A DNA stretch of 64,000 nucleotides from Nitrosopumilus sp. (GTDB lineage: Archaea > Thermoproteota > Nitrososphaeria > Nitrososphaerales > Nitrosopumilaceae): assembly GCA_965197525.1 (NCBI GenBank), contig OZ240211.1:1632001-1696000 (forward strand), written 5' to 3'. Positions 49,092-60,204 of the stretch are shown piece after piece; position 1 is the first letter of the stretch, and every line of letters begins with the position of its first letter. Made by a program: the position numbers and the translations under genes. Below the pieces are notes generated by a model, which was not told where the DNA came from, did not search any database, and saw only the letters and a list, made by a program, of their open reading frames with translations.

Positions 49092-49984
49092 TAAACTTAC
49101 ATGTGGCGTGTCATTTAGTTCTGAGGTTTTATCATCTTTGATAGTTTGTCATCTTGTAACTGCATTTTTTTAATGCATTAATTCAATAATTAGATGCATC
49201 ATCTACTTGCTCTTAATTCTGTAGAATGCTCTTGTCGTGTATTATTATTATTATTTGTCATATGTTATTATTATTATATCATCATCGTCAATATAATGGA
49301 ATAATACACTTGTTCAATTCTTCAGATTTGTAATTGAGTCTACTATATTAAAAAAATGCATATTAAAATGTCATTTCTCCCAAAAATTTATTCGTGTAGC
49401 GTTGTAAATAGAATTTAACTATCTTTGAATAAAAGACATTATGGTATTTATAGTAAGACTAGTTGTAGTGACATGCAAATTAAGTCTAGGCAAATCTATT
49501 ATTTTACACATGCATACAGTATGCTTTATGCAACTTTGATTCTTGTGCCAGTTGACAGAAAGAAGCCATACTCGAATTTGCAAGAATATCATAGGTGGTG
49601 TGATGTTGCTAATAGCAATAACAAGACAATGATAATAATCCTATATGACCATAATCTGTAACATCAAACTGTTCAACATCTCTATATCCTTTCAACAACA
49701 TCGTTATCTCTATTTTTTTTTATTTCGCCCTCATAAATGACCATATCCTCGCCACCGCCATCAACATGCGTTATGATAATACCGTGTCATTATTTATTTA
49801 TCCAAAATCTGTTTTGTATCATAATAGTAGGAATGCACTCCTTGACCAATCTTAAATCTGCATAACTGTTACTATTTTAGGTACATGAAGAGAAATTGTC
49901 CAAAACTGCAATCTTGTTTGTACTTGATAATATTATCTTGAAAACCCTTAAATAGAAATTATTAACCACAAAATTCAAACTCTA

Positions 49985-50245
49985 ATGATGAAACTATTTG
50001 GATTATTAATGGTGCTAAGTATACTGGTGATAATACCGGCAGCAGATCTAGCATTTGCTGCAGGCGATGAACCAGGCGAATATCTTGATCGCAGGGTAGT
50101 AATCTGGAATCTATTTTACAGAATGATGACTGTTGCATTTACAGTTGGTGCTGTGGTATCAGGGACTATAGTCTGGCAGGTGTGGAGGTTCAGAGAGTCC
50201 CATCCAAAGGCAAAACCAACTCCATATGAGGGCAAGGACTGGTAG
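49985..50245 (+). CDS. heme-copper oxidase small membrane subunit (split subunit II N-terminal part)
   Basis: Signal peptide plus TM helix, 2 bp upstream of coxB. Confidence 0.65.
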   Translation: MMKLFGLLMVLSILVIIPAADLAFAAGDEPGEYLDRRVVIWNLFYRMMTVAFTVGAVVSGTIVWQVWRFRESHPKAKPTPYEGKDW

Positions 50246-50247
50246 TC

Positions 50248-50679
50248 ATGGGTGGACACTCTAATTGGCCAGAATGGGTTTACATCGGAGTAGTAGTGGC
50301 ACTAATGACTTGGGTTGGTGCAGAGGCTTGGGAGGTTGAGCGACTAATTGAGCACGTTCCCGAGGACGCAGAAGTAATCAAGGTTGTAGGTCAACAGTGG
50401 TTCTGGTCATTTGAGCATGAGGATGGCACCAAAGAGATCGGAGAACTACATGTAGAGGCAGGAAAGGCATACAAATTTGAGGTAATGGCAACTGATGTAA
50501 ACCACTCTTTTAATATTCATGACTATGTTGTTTTAATGGATGCAATTCCAGGCAGAGTAAACACAGTATGGTTTGCCCCTGATGCACCCGGCGTTCATGA
50601 CATCCAGTGTAGAGAGTACTGTGGATTAATTCACTATAACATGCGTGGAACGCTTTATGTGGAGGAGCCGTCATCATGA
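50248..50679 (+). CDS. coxB: cytochrome c oxidase subunit II (CuA)
   Basis: GQQWFW, DVNHSF, CREYCGLIHYNM. Confidence 0.93.
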   Translation: MGGHSNWPEWVYIGVVVALMTWVGAEAWEVERLIEHVPEDAEVIKVVGQQWFWSFEHEDGTKEIGELHVEAGKAYKFEVMATDVNHSFNIHDYVVLMDAIPGRVNTVWFAPDAPGVHDIQCREYCGLIHYNMRGTLYVEEPSS

Positions 50680-50737
50680 CTGTGCTTTTATCACAACAAC
50701 CATTCCGCGTGAATAGCAACAAGGAGGTTACTACCTG

Positions 50738-52264
50738 ATGGTTCTAGAATTACAAAAGCCGAGACCTATTTGGCAAATAATGTTCTCTACGCATCATACT
50801 GATATCGGTCTACTCTATCTGATCACCTCTCTTGCCTTCTTATTCTTGGGAGGAACACTTGCACTTGCAATCAGGGCAGAACTGTTCTTACCTGGCGCTC
50901 AGATTATTACAGATTCTATGACCTTTAACAGAATGTTTACCGTACACGGTACAACTCTGATCTTTTTGTTTATCATTCCATTTGCATCAGCAGTTGGTAA
51001 CTATTACGTACCAATCATGGTGCGATACAAAGACATGGCATATCCAAAACTCAATGCAATTGCATTTTGGATGATTCCACCTGCTGGCGCACTCATCTGG
51101 TTGGGATTTGCGGATTTTACGTGGTATGCCACTCCTCCGTATTCCATCATTAGTGCGCCCGGTCCTGCTGCTGATATGTGGATATTTGGCCTGAAGATAC
51201 TGGGCATATCGTCTGTGTTAGGCGCAATAAATTTCGTCGTTACAATTCTCAAATGCAAGCATCCTGACATGTCAATCGGTCAGGTTCCGTTACTTGCATG
51301 GTCATTCCTGTCATCATCTCTGATTATTCTTGTCGCAATCCCAACGTTTGCAGCAGCCTTACTCATGCTACTAACTGATAGACTAGGTGTTAGTGGATTC
51401 TTTAATCCTGCACTGGGCGGTGACCCGATAGCATATGCCCACCTGTTCTGGTTTACATTTCATCCTGAAGTGTACGTGCTAGTCATTCCTGCCATCGGCA
51501 TGATGTATGAGATTATTCCAAGATTCTCTAGAAAACCAATCTACAGCTACAACTCTGGCGTATTTGCATTTGTATTGCTATCAATTGTAGGTTTTTCCTC
51601 TTGGGCGCATCACATGTATGCAACAGGAATGTCATTTACTGAAAAGACTGTCTTTATGGTAGGAACGCTTGCTGCTGTACCTGCATCTGCAATGCATGTC
51701 TTTAATTTTATTGCAACAATGTGGAATGGAAGAATCAAGTTCTCAACCCCGATGATGTGGGCAGTAGGTGGAATTGCATTGTTCTTCTCTGCAGGGGCAG
51801 GCGGTGTAGTTAATAGTGCAATGCCTCTGGACTTTACAACTCACGACACATACTGGGTAGTAGGACACTTCCATCTGTTTGTGATGGGTACAATAGCATT
51901 TGGTTCTATTGGTTATCTATACTACATGTTCCCATACGTCACAGGCAGAATGTACAATGAAACAATGGGTAAGATTCACTTTATCATGTCATTTATTGGA
52001 ACCGTCTTGGTATTCTTCACGCAACACGTTCTTGGTCTGTACGGAATGCCAAGAAGAATATTTGACTATCCGCCAATCCCTGAATGGATTGCTATGAACC
52101 AGATTGCAACTATTGGTGCAATGATAATTGGTGTCAGCATGGCCATATTCTTGGCAAATATGATACACAGTTCTGGAAAAGGAAAACTTGCAAATATTGA
52201 GGATCCATTCGGTCTGGGTGGCAAATACTATTATCCCTTTGGAGCAAAGAATCCATCACACTAG
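50738..52264 (+). CDS. coxA: cytochrome c oxidase subunit I
   Basis: TVHG, WFTFHPEVY, WAHHMY, VVGHFH, GMPRR. Confidence 0.97.
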   Translation: MVLELQKPRPIWQIMFSTHHTDIGLLYLITSLAFLFLGGTLALAIRAELFLPGAQIITDSMTFNRMFTVHGTTLIFLFIIPFASAVGNYYVPIMVRYKDMAYPKLNAIAFWMIPPAGALIWLGFADFTWYATPPYSIISAPGPAADMWIFGLKILGISSVLGAINFVVTILKCKHPDMSIGQVPLLAWSFLSSSLIILVAIPTFAAALLMLLTDRLGVSGFFNPALGGDPIAYAHLFWFTFHPEVYVLVIPAIGMMYEIIPRFSRKPIYSYNSGVFAFVLLSIVGFSSWAHHMYATGMSFTEKTVFMVGTLAAVPASAMHVFNFIATMWNGRIKFSTPMMWAVGGIALFFSAGAGGVVNSAMPLDFTTHDTYWVVGHFHLFVMGTIAFGSIGYLYYMFPYVTGRMYNETMGKIHFIMSFIGTVLVFFTQHVLGLYGMPRRIFDYPPIPEWIAMNQIATIGAMIIGVSMAIFLANMIHSSGKGKLANIEDPFGLGGKYYYPFGAKNPSH

Positions 52265-52276
52265 AGTTGATATGAA

Positions 52277-53236
52277 ATGAGTCACGATAATACCTCCTCT
52301 CAAACAGTTTACAGAACTAGTGCATCTAGAACTGGAAAGATGATGGCCATCATGTTAGGCATATGTATAGTTGGCGGCGCAATATTCTTTGCAATGGGGG
52401 ATTACTGGATATCTGAACCAGCTCCTATAGTTGCGATGATGGCCGGTGAAAGGAATACCGAAGTAGCCGTTCAGACAGGTAAGACTATCACAGAGAATCT
52501 GTCGTTTGTAGAGTCTGACAATCTTTTGGTTTTGGGATTCAATGCTATAATTGGTGAGGAGGACAGCAACCCTACAATCCATGTCAATGTGGGTGATAAG
52601 ATCATATTCAATGTTGATAATGCAGGAAGATCATTTCATGCATTTGGTGTAACTGCAGATACTGAAGGGTTCCAAGGAATAATTCCAAACAGTGAGATTG
52701 CTAGTCCAAACAATCCTTTGACTAAAGGTCAGAGCGGAACATCTGAATTTGTTGCAGGTCAGGAAGGTACGTACTATTACATTTGTACTGTTGCAGGACA
52801 CAGAGAACAGGGAATGGTAGGCGAAATTATCGTAGGCCCCGCAGAGGCTCCCCGAGAGGCTGCACCACCTACAGGCAACTCTGTAGAGTTTAATTTGGAC
52901 TTTGTAGAAGCAGATGACTTCATAACTTTTGGATTTAATGCAGTTGTAGGTGAAGAGGGAAGCAATCCTGACATCCGCGTGAACTCCGGAGATGAGGTAA
53001 CCGTAACTACTGCTAACTTGGGACGGTCATTTCATTCATTTGCAGTTGTCACAAACCCTGAAGATTTTAACAGTATAGTTATGGATTCAGCGATTGGCAG
53101 TCAGCTGAGTCCGTTACGACAAAATGAGAGTGGCTCTGTCACATTTCTTGCAGGAGCTCCTGGGAATTACTATTACATCTGTACTGTCCCCGGACATTCA
53201 TTGCAGGGAATGCAGGGTAACTTTATAGTGGAATAA
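52277..53236 (+). CDS. membrane-anchored tandem blue-copper (cupredoxin) protein
   Basis: Two H...CTVxGHxxxGM type-1 Cu sites. Confidence 0.9.
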   Translation: MSHDNTSSQTVYRTSASRTGKMMAIMLGICIVGGAIFFAMGDYWISEPAPIVAMMAGERNTEVAVQTGKTITENLSFVESDNLLVLGFNAIIGEEDSNPTIHVNVGDKIIFNVDNAGRSFHAFGVTADTEGFQGIIPNSEIASPNNPLTKGQSGTSEFVAGQEGTYYYICTVAGHREQGMVGEIIVGPAEAPREAAPPTGNSVEFNLDFVEADDFITFGFNAVVGEEGSNPDIRVNSGDEVTVTTANLGRSFHSFAVVTNPEDFNSIVMDSAIGSQLSPLRQNESGSVTFLAGAPGNYYYICTVPGHSLQGMQGNFIVE

Positions 53237-53240
53237 GAAG

Positions 53241-53684
53241 TTGGCAATTCAATACCTTGCCTTATCAACTATGATTGTTCTATATTCTCTGATATTTATT
53301 GGAGGGTATATCTCTGCTGCAGGACTGGGTCTGACCTGTCCTGAATGGCCGTTGTGCCCTAATGGTATAATGCCGTCAGAGGAGTATCTCATTGAATGGG
53401 TTCATAGACTGGTTGCAGCAACTACTGGCGGACTTGTAATTGCGACGATGGTTGCTAGTCTGATAAACAAGAACGCCGAATGGAAAATAAAGACAACAAG
53501 TACACTTGCAACTGTGTTTGTTCTAACCCAGATAGGGTTGGGTGCTCTGGTAATTGACTTGAAACTGCATGCCGTATTGGTGGCAATCCACCTGGGAATT
53601 GGGGTATTACTGTTCTCCATGGTATTATTAACTACGGTATTTGCATTTAGATTATCCAAAACTTCAATGTTGTCTAAGGTTTGA
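53241..53684 (+). CDS. COX15/CtaA heme A synthase-like protein (short form)
   Basis: GLTCPEWPLC, IEWVHR, AIH. Confidence 0.85.
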   Translation: MAIQYLALSTMIVLYSLIFIGGYISAAGLGLTCPEWPLCPNGIMPSEEYLIEWVHRLVAATTGGLVIATMVASLINKNAEWKIKTTSTLATVFVLTQIGLGALVIDLKLHAVLVAIHLGIGVLLFSMVLLTTVFAFRLSKTSMLSKV

Positions 53685-54195
53685 CCTTTTTTAGAATTTT
53701 TGGCAAGTAGATGTATGACATTATTCCTGCAAATACAAAGGCTCCCACAGTTATTGCGCCTATGAATATTATTCCAAACGGACTTTGTGTTCCCATGTTA
53801 AATGTATAGGTTAACGTATCAATATCTATACCATCAACGTCATACAAGTCAATCTTTACAATATGATTTCCAATGTTCTTCCAAACATAGTTAAAATCCC
53901 AATGTCCATTTTGTTGCGTTGTTGGTGGGATGGCATCTATCTGCTTGTCATGGTAGAATATCCTGATCCCAATGGTAAATTCTCCGACTTGCTCAAAGTT
54001 TTCATCAGTTACCCTTACGAGAAATTCAGACGGCTCATCAATCTGCGGGAATTCAGGGGCTGTTGCAACTTGAACCCTGTACCCTCCATAGAACTCTTCA
54101 GCAGAGTTAAACATGGAATGGCCGTACGCTAAACTAGAATATGCAGTTGTTGATATAATTAAAACTGAGACTACCATTAGGATTTGGTTTTTCAT
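53674..54195 (-). CDS. secreted/membrane-anchored hypothetical protein
   Basis: Signal peptide, mature N-terminal His (AYGHSM), C-terminal TM. Confidence 0.65.
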   Translation of the reverse strand: MKNQILMVVSVLIISTTAYSSLAYGHSMFNSAEEFYGGYRVQVATAPEFPQIDEPSEFLVRVTDENFEQVGEFTIGIRIFYHDKQIDAIPPTTQQNGHWDFNYVWKNIGNHIVKIDLYDVDGIDIDTLTYTFNMGTQSPFGIIFIGAITVGAFVFAGIMSYIYLPKILKKVKP

Positions 54196-54442
54196 ACGTT
54201 GATTCGGATTTGTATATATTATAAGTTAATTTTATTCTTGAAATTTCTGTACCTTTTGTAAGATGTTACGTATCTGCTAGACAAGTGTAAAAAACAACAT
54301 TGATGAATATACAGTTTTTTAAATTAGAAATACGATAGTGTAGTTTGTCATCATGCAAAAAGATGAAAAAACTCTATGTATGATCTTGGTACATGCCCTA
54401 CAATCTTCAAAACCTTTAAATTCATATCTGAAAGAAATCATA

Positions 54443-55060
54443 ATGTTGACTCTGGTAACTAAATCAATAGATGTGAAGACTCCTGTTGATAACGTCTTTA
54501 CTTACTTTGCAAGACCAGAACATGTCTCTGATCAAATAAAATCTGATGCTGTGGGAATGACAGTAGTTCCTATGGATATCAAAGAAGGGATGGGCGTAGG
54601 TACAACCTTTAGAATAATTGGCGACTTTAGCGGTAAACGCTTGGAATGGGATTGTGAGACAACTGAATTCATTAGAAATGAAAAGATCAGCGCAAAACAG
54701 ATTGAAGGCCCTTTTAAGAGATGGGTAATCACAAACGAGTTCAAAGCGCTAGGTAACAACCTTACTCGAGTAACTATGTCTGTCGATTATGAGATGCCAT
54801 TTGGCCCACTAGGTGCAATTATGGACAAAGCCAAGTTTGCAAAATCTGCTGAACGTGGAATGGAGACTGCACTGTACAATGTTCGTGGTCTGTTAGAGGG
54901 AAATGGTTCAATTCCGGTATACATTACACTTGATGCATACCAAAAACTGTTGGCCGAAAAGAAAAAGATGAACGACGTACCTGTTTCAACTGCATTGACT
55001 GCCATTATAGAAAAGTACAATGAGATTGAGACAGAAGCAACTACAGCACAACAACAATAA
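54443..55060 (+). CDS. SRPBCC (polyketide cyclase-like) domain protein
   Basis: KSIDVKTPVDNVF, EGPF, VDYEMP.GPLG. Confidence 0.85.
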   Translation: MLTLVTKSIDVKTPVDNVFTYFARPEHVSDQIKSDAVGMTVVPMDIKEGMGVGTTFRIIGDFSGKRLEWDCETTEFIRNEKISAKQIEGPFKRWVITNEFKALGNNLTRVTMSVDYEMPFGPLGAIMDKAKFAKSAERGMETALYNVRGLLEGNGSIPVYITLDAYQKLLAEKKKMNDVPVSTALTAIIEKYNEIETEATTAQQQ

Positions 55061-55121
55061 TCTTTTCACATATTTTAAAATCTCAAGATTAATAACAACT
55101 CTGAATTTGTTTATGTTTAGT

Positions 55122-55195
55122 GGGTCTATGGCGCAGCCAGGTAGCGCACCGGACTCTTAATCCGGTTGTCAAGGGTTCGAATCCCTTTAGACCCG
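55122..55195 (+). tRNA. tRNA-Lys(CTT)
   Basis: GGGTCTA...TAGACCC-G, CCGGA-CTCTTAA-TCCGG. Confidence 0.95.
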
Positions 55196-55567
55196 CTTTC
55201 ATTGTGAGGCCTTGGCCTGTCTGTTATTACTGCAATCTTTCCAAAACATCAATGCGTGGACTTGAGAGAGATACTCGACGAATGTTGTTGTTGCTGCATT
55301 GAAGCAATCGTACATCCTGAAAAACGGCCTTTCCCGAAAGGCAAACGCCGAGATTGTACGCGGAAGGCTCGGCCCTGACGACAGACGCTCCATACTGCGG
55401 TGCATCAAAGGCTGCGATGAAACCATCAGCACGGGCGAATTTGCGTCCCGGCCTTGTTCAAATTTGTAGATCTGGCTAAATACAATTCCACAAGCATTGC
55501 TAAATCGTCGAAATTGAGCAGGGCAATCAGAGACGAGTGTCAAATGCATGGATGGTAAATGCAATAA

Positions 55568-56083
55568 TCAATTATCCTTTGTTTGAATGTCTAGGTAAAA
55601 TACATCCCGTTCTTTGTCGTCTTGAGGCACATAAGTAAACCCTCGATTGGTGTAGAAATTTCTGATTTTTAGATCATCTTCTGGGTTTAACACGACTGCC
55701 CTGCATCCGATTCTTTTGGAATGGCGCACGGCTTCTTTAATTGCCCATGCTATGAGATTTGTTCCTACTCCCTTCTTTCAGTCCTTGTGGGTTGCCCGGT
55801 GACCGATCAATAATGCCGGAATGTTCCCGTACCCTTTTCACTGCAGCCGCTCGTCTCTTTCTGGCCTTATGTGAGCCATCGCAATCGTGACAAACCCGAT
55901 CATTTTTTTCTTGTACATGCAACCAAATCTAACCCATCCCCTCTTTCATGTCGCTGAACGCAGTGACGCGATAGTACTCTCAGTGTATGACGGGTTTCTG
56001 CATTCAAATTCTGAATCCTTGGACACGGTCGGGTCTAACATGATAATAGAAACATCTTCGCTAAAATCAATGTCTAGAGTCAA
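55568..56083 (-). pseudogene. GNAT acetyltransferase toxin pseudogene
   Basis: ...IGFVTIAM...*KGYGNIPALLIGHRATHKD*KKGVGTNLIAWA...NFYTNRGF; at least two in-frame TGA plus a frameshift. Confidence 0.75.
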
Positions 56084-56451
56084 TCCGAATAAAAATTACG
56101 CTTCTTTCAATTTGCTGGCAAGTTCTATGGCAGCCTTTACGGTCTTGATGGATTCCTTGGTAGGACCTGCTTTCAAACCTGTTTCCATTGTTTGTCACAT
56201 TGGTTTTACTTCCCTCAAAACCATGTAGCCCGTCCACGCCCATAATAGAAACATCTTCGCTAAAATCAATGTCTAGAGTCATGATCCGAATAAAAATTAC
56301 GCTTCTTTCAATTTGCTGGCAAGTTCTATGGCAGCCTTTACGGTCTTGATGGATTCCTTGGTAGGACCTGCTTTCAACTGGCCGGTCACCTGTTTCCATT
56401 GTTTGTCATTCATTGGTTTTACTTCCCTCAAAACCATGTAGCCCGTCCACG
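56043..56451. repeat. ~200-bp tandem duplication (56043-56238 degraded, 56242-56451 intact)
   Basis: Identical text apart from small deletions (incl. 10 bp) in the first copy. Confidence 0.92.
56297..56437 (-). CDS. 46-aa putative antitoxin upstream of GNAT
   Basis: MVLREVKPMNDKQWKQVTGQLKAGPTKESIKTVKAAIELASKLKEA*. Confidence 0.5.
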   Translation of the reverse strand: MVLREVKPMNDKQWKQVTGQLKAGPTKESIKTVKAAIELASKLKEA

Positions 56452-56644
56452 ATTCTGTCATATAACTTGTACTTACAAAATCCTGATATTTTGTGTCACA
56501 GTAATGGATCGGTATTTCGCTGGTCGTGGGGGAAACATGGCAGAACATATACCAAGAACTAAAATTTCGTGCAATTATCTAATATTTTTGACTTTATGCA
56601 TGTTAGCCTTGGTCTTAGACACATAATCAATTAGATGTAAGACG

Positions 56645-57615
56645 ATGCTAAAGAGATATGCTGCCGAAATTAATGGCAGGATAAAGGATCATATGATGTT
56701 GAACATCAGAATCAAGCGTGACGGCATGGGTACACGCGAGGCTGCCAAAGCCCTTGGGAAATCCGCGTCATAGGGATGCAAGTGGTATGCAAGATACAGA
56801 CAGGTGGGATTCGACAACCTGGATGACCGGCCGCATACAGGCAGGCCACCCAAAGTGGACAGGACTGCCATGAAGAAGATTCGAAGGAATGCCTGCAAAA
56901 AGATCATCTGGACCGGCAGGGATATGCAGGAATATATCTTCAAGAACACATGTACAAAATACGCCATCATACACATCCGTTACCTGCTAAGAAGGTGGGG
57001 CTACGCCCAGAAGGTTACGGTCGGGGTGCACGCAAACAGGAGGATGTCTGCCGAAAAGATCTACACATTTCAAAAAGAGATTGCAGATGTAATAAAAAAA
57101 ACGACGGGAAAGGAATAGTCACCGCAATACGGAACGAATCCATAGTGATTGCAGGGCTCCAGGCACGAAAACGTGGCTATACCAGAAGGAGAGTACGCGC
57201 ATCATAAGTATACACGGGTTCGCACTCAAAGACCATAGTGTTCGGACTGCTTACCACCGACGGCAGAAGGATGTTCAGACAGTACGACAGGTTTGACATG
57301 CACGCCTTTGCCAGGTTCCTCAAGGCTGCAGTACGCAGGTTTGGGAGGATCTGTATTATACTTGACAGAGCCCCGCAGCACCGTGCAAAGATGATATGCC
57401 ATCTTGTCGAGAGGGTGGAGGGCCTGACGCTAAAGTTTCTCCTGACTGCAATTCCTGAGATCAGCGCGATTGAGCCGTACTGGAAGGGACTCAAGCGCAA
57501 GGTGCTTGATGTACCGCACACCAGTCTGACCATGCTGCGCAAGGCAATTACTATATACACAAGGTATGCAAAACCCAACCTTGATGTTGAAACGTTTCTG
57601 TACCGCATCATCTAG
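56645..57615 (+). pseudogene. IS630-family transposase, inactivated
   Basis: HTH with TGRPPK, LLRRWGY, LDRAPQH, PEISAIEPYW; internal stops and first catalytic Asp replaced (RNES). Confidence 0.85.
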
Positions 57616-58419
57616 AGCAACATGTGATTTTATGCAGTACGTATACAGCGTAAGCTGTACACAAGTGTATTGTACAACATGAAACACTGAATCTGTCAAC
57701 TGCACTATCAATGATCAAGACATGCTGAGTGCGTCAGACTGCTACAATTAGGTCGCTGGAAAAATATTCCACTAATTTTTCATCGTTGGTATATTTAGAT
57801 GAGACTGTATTTCTAACCGGTCACAGCATAACCCAAATTCGAGTATCAATACAATGTTAATTGGTAATTAGGCCGATTTTGGGTAATTCTGGGTTAGCTG
57901 ATAAACAGTACTGATCATTCCAGTCAACCCTGGCAGAACTCAAGCCTGCATTACACATGTACGTTAATTCTCAAAGATAAATCAATCTGTTAATAAAACA
58001 AAAAAGCTAAAATGGCTACACATAATATCTTGAAAAACCACTTCAGAAACGTGGCCTGTTACGCTAAATGATCTAACCCTGAATTTTATCATTAAAAATC
58101 AAAGTAGACGATTACACAAAGTACGGACAAACTTGGTCTTCTTGATAAAGGGCAAAGTGCCGAGGTCATATCAAATACAAAATTTTGAGCGATAGTAATT
58201 AAATCGATTGGAGTTGATGCTGTGGCGGCATTGACAGACTTTCAAGAAAGGCCTTTGCTACTAGAAGAAGAAATTGATTGACTCAAAAAAAAAAAAAAAA
58301 AAATTTTTTTTTTGAACTGGATACCAAAATTCAAGATTATACATTCTTGTTCTTCTGAACTTGACCCTTGATGTTTTCTGTAGCTGTATGTTGTATCTGC
58401 AAGAAACTCGTCATCTGCA

Positions 58420-59127
58420 TCAACTGTTACCGGCCTTTTCCATTATCTCCAACAGGTGTGAGTGCCTGTTCTGAATCTCTTCCTTAAAATAATGATTCCC
58501 GCCATGAAACGCACCTTCCTCCTCTGCCAGTGAGGCCTCCAAGACGCCCTTCCAAATCTCCAGATCTTCCATGTCTGCACATAGCTGCTCTAAAACTTTA
58601 TCATAATACACCATAAAGTCTCCAAACACGACCATCGACCAGCCAACCAGATATTTAATATTTTTACACCTCTCCTCGACAGAAAGATCCTGTCCTGCGA
58701 CGCACTTTCCCAAGTTCTCCATGCACTCCTCAAAGAATGGCCAGATATCGCCCATGCTGTCATCCAGGATCTCATAGTGCATCCCTATTGACTCTGTCAT
58801 GCCCTTGTACATCCAGGCAGCTATGTTCAGATATCCTTCCCTCATCATGGCATCAGCGTCACTGCTGTGCGAATAAAAATCTAGATTGTGATAGTCAGGT
58901 ACAACACCGTGTTTCATTTCGCTTGCTATCCTTGTGTCAATCTCAAAGCGAACGTCTCTGCAATCTCCTCTTGCCCACGCCTCAAAACGCTCTTGGGTGT
59001 TGCCGTCAAGTTCATCCTCGTCGCGCAAAAGCAGTCGGATGTTTGCAACAGGCGCCCGTATCATGTGTCTTCCTTTGAGGTGTTTCCAGTCCACCTTGGC
59101 ATTTCGAATCCATTCAGGGTCTACCAT
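58420..59127 (-). CDS. acidic helical hypothetical protein
   Basis: 235-aa ORF, higher GC than host genes. Confidence 0.7.
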   Translation of the reverse strand: MVDPEWIRNAKVDWKHLKGRHMIRAPVANIRLLLRDEDELDGNTQERFEAWARGDCRDVRFEIDTRIASEMKHGVVPDYHNLDFYSHSSDADAMMREGYLNIAAWMYKGMTESIGMHYEILDDSMGDIWPFFEECMENLGKCVAGQDLSVEERCKNIKYLVGWSMVVFGDFMVYYDKVLEQLCADMEDLEIWKGVLEASLAEEEGAFHGGNHYFKEEIQNRHSHLLEIMEKAGNS

Positions 59128-59254
59128 ACAGTATACACCGCCACGACATTCTCATTTCCATGTGGTTTTGCAGGCATGATCTCCATATGGCACATCCGTG
59201 TGAATTCTTTATAAAGATTCCAATCATTATGTTTATGCGTAATAATTGTCTGCA

Positions 59255-59470
59255 TCAACAGGCATCAACTTTTTTGATCAACTCCGACACGTATGAGTGT
59301 CTTTTTCTAACCTCCTCCATAAAATAGGCATCGGTGTCATGAGACGAATATTTCTTCTTCCCCTCTGCCAGTACGGATTCCAAGGCACCCTTCCAAATCT
59401 CCAAGTCTTTTATGTTTACACATAATTTCTCCAGTGCTCTGTCGTAGTGTTTCCATTGGATAATAGCTCA
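59255..59470 (-). pseudogene. 5'-truncated paralog of the 58420..59127 gene
   Basis: HYDRALEKLCVNIKDLEIWKGALESVLAE vs YYDKVLEQLCADMEDLEIWKGVLEASLAE; no start codon. Confidence 0.75.
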
Positions 59471-59799
59471 TTTTGATTTTATTATTTTTGTACATCTCTT
59501 GCATAAATATTAGAGATTATGGGTAATCTAGATTATGCATAATCTATTCAAACCTAGCAGTTGATCAATTTTAGTACCAGGACAAATATGAGTGATCATC
59601 TGATTCTATATCATACTAAACCAGCGTTAGTGCATATCAAATCCATCTGAGATCAAGATGTTGCAAGATGCTCTTGCACAGTCCAAAAGCGAGAACAAAA
59701 GACTAGAGAAGGTTGTAGAGCAAAAGGATAAAGAGATAGAGATGGCCACCAAGGAGCCAAAGAATATCCCAAGTTTATTTTAGAGATCACCAGAGACGG

Positions 59800-60194
59800 G
59801 TAATTTACGACGCAATATCGGATTCGCATCAGTACTTTCTACAGGAAAAAAATTCAACGGTCCGACGTTTCTCAAATTTGTCAAAAAACTGCTGGAACGA
59901 AGTGACAAAGCTGTCATTGCAATGGATGCCGCATCTCAACATAGAGCAAAGGATCTTAGAGAATTTGTAAAAGAGAACAGCCCCATGCTGCGGATAATGT
60001 ACCTTCCCACAGGATGTCCTGAACTCAGCGCAATTAAGGAATGCTGGTACCAGTTAAAGATTCAACCGTTCATGTATGAACATCACGAACAGGTAAGCGG
60101 GCGCGCACGAGCAGCAATGAAATATCTGAGAACTGCCACATTCAGTCAGAATATTGAACAATACCTGTTCAGAAAACTAATTGCAAAGACTTGA
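59800..60194 (+). pseudogene. second IS630-family transposase remnant (C-terminal DDE_3 part)
   Basis: KFNGPTFLKFVKKLL...MDAASQH...LPTGCPELSAIKECW. Confidence 0.8.
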
Positions 60195-60204
60195 TGACGC
60201 CACT

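Noticed and set aside
49985-53684. Split coxB and tandem cupredoxin in the oxidase operon as novelty
   Set aside because: This is the standard AOA complex IV arrangement, with blue-copper carriers replacing cytochrome c.
55568-56083. TGA read-through (selenocysteine) in the GNAT gene
   Set aside because: The stops are not at Cys positions and are accompanied by a frameshift, so decay is simpler.
58285-58313. A19-T10 homopolymer hairpin
   Set aside because: Cannot be distinguished from a homopolymer sequencing artefact or a simple bidirectional terminator.
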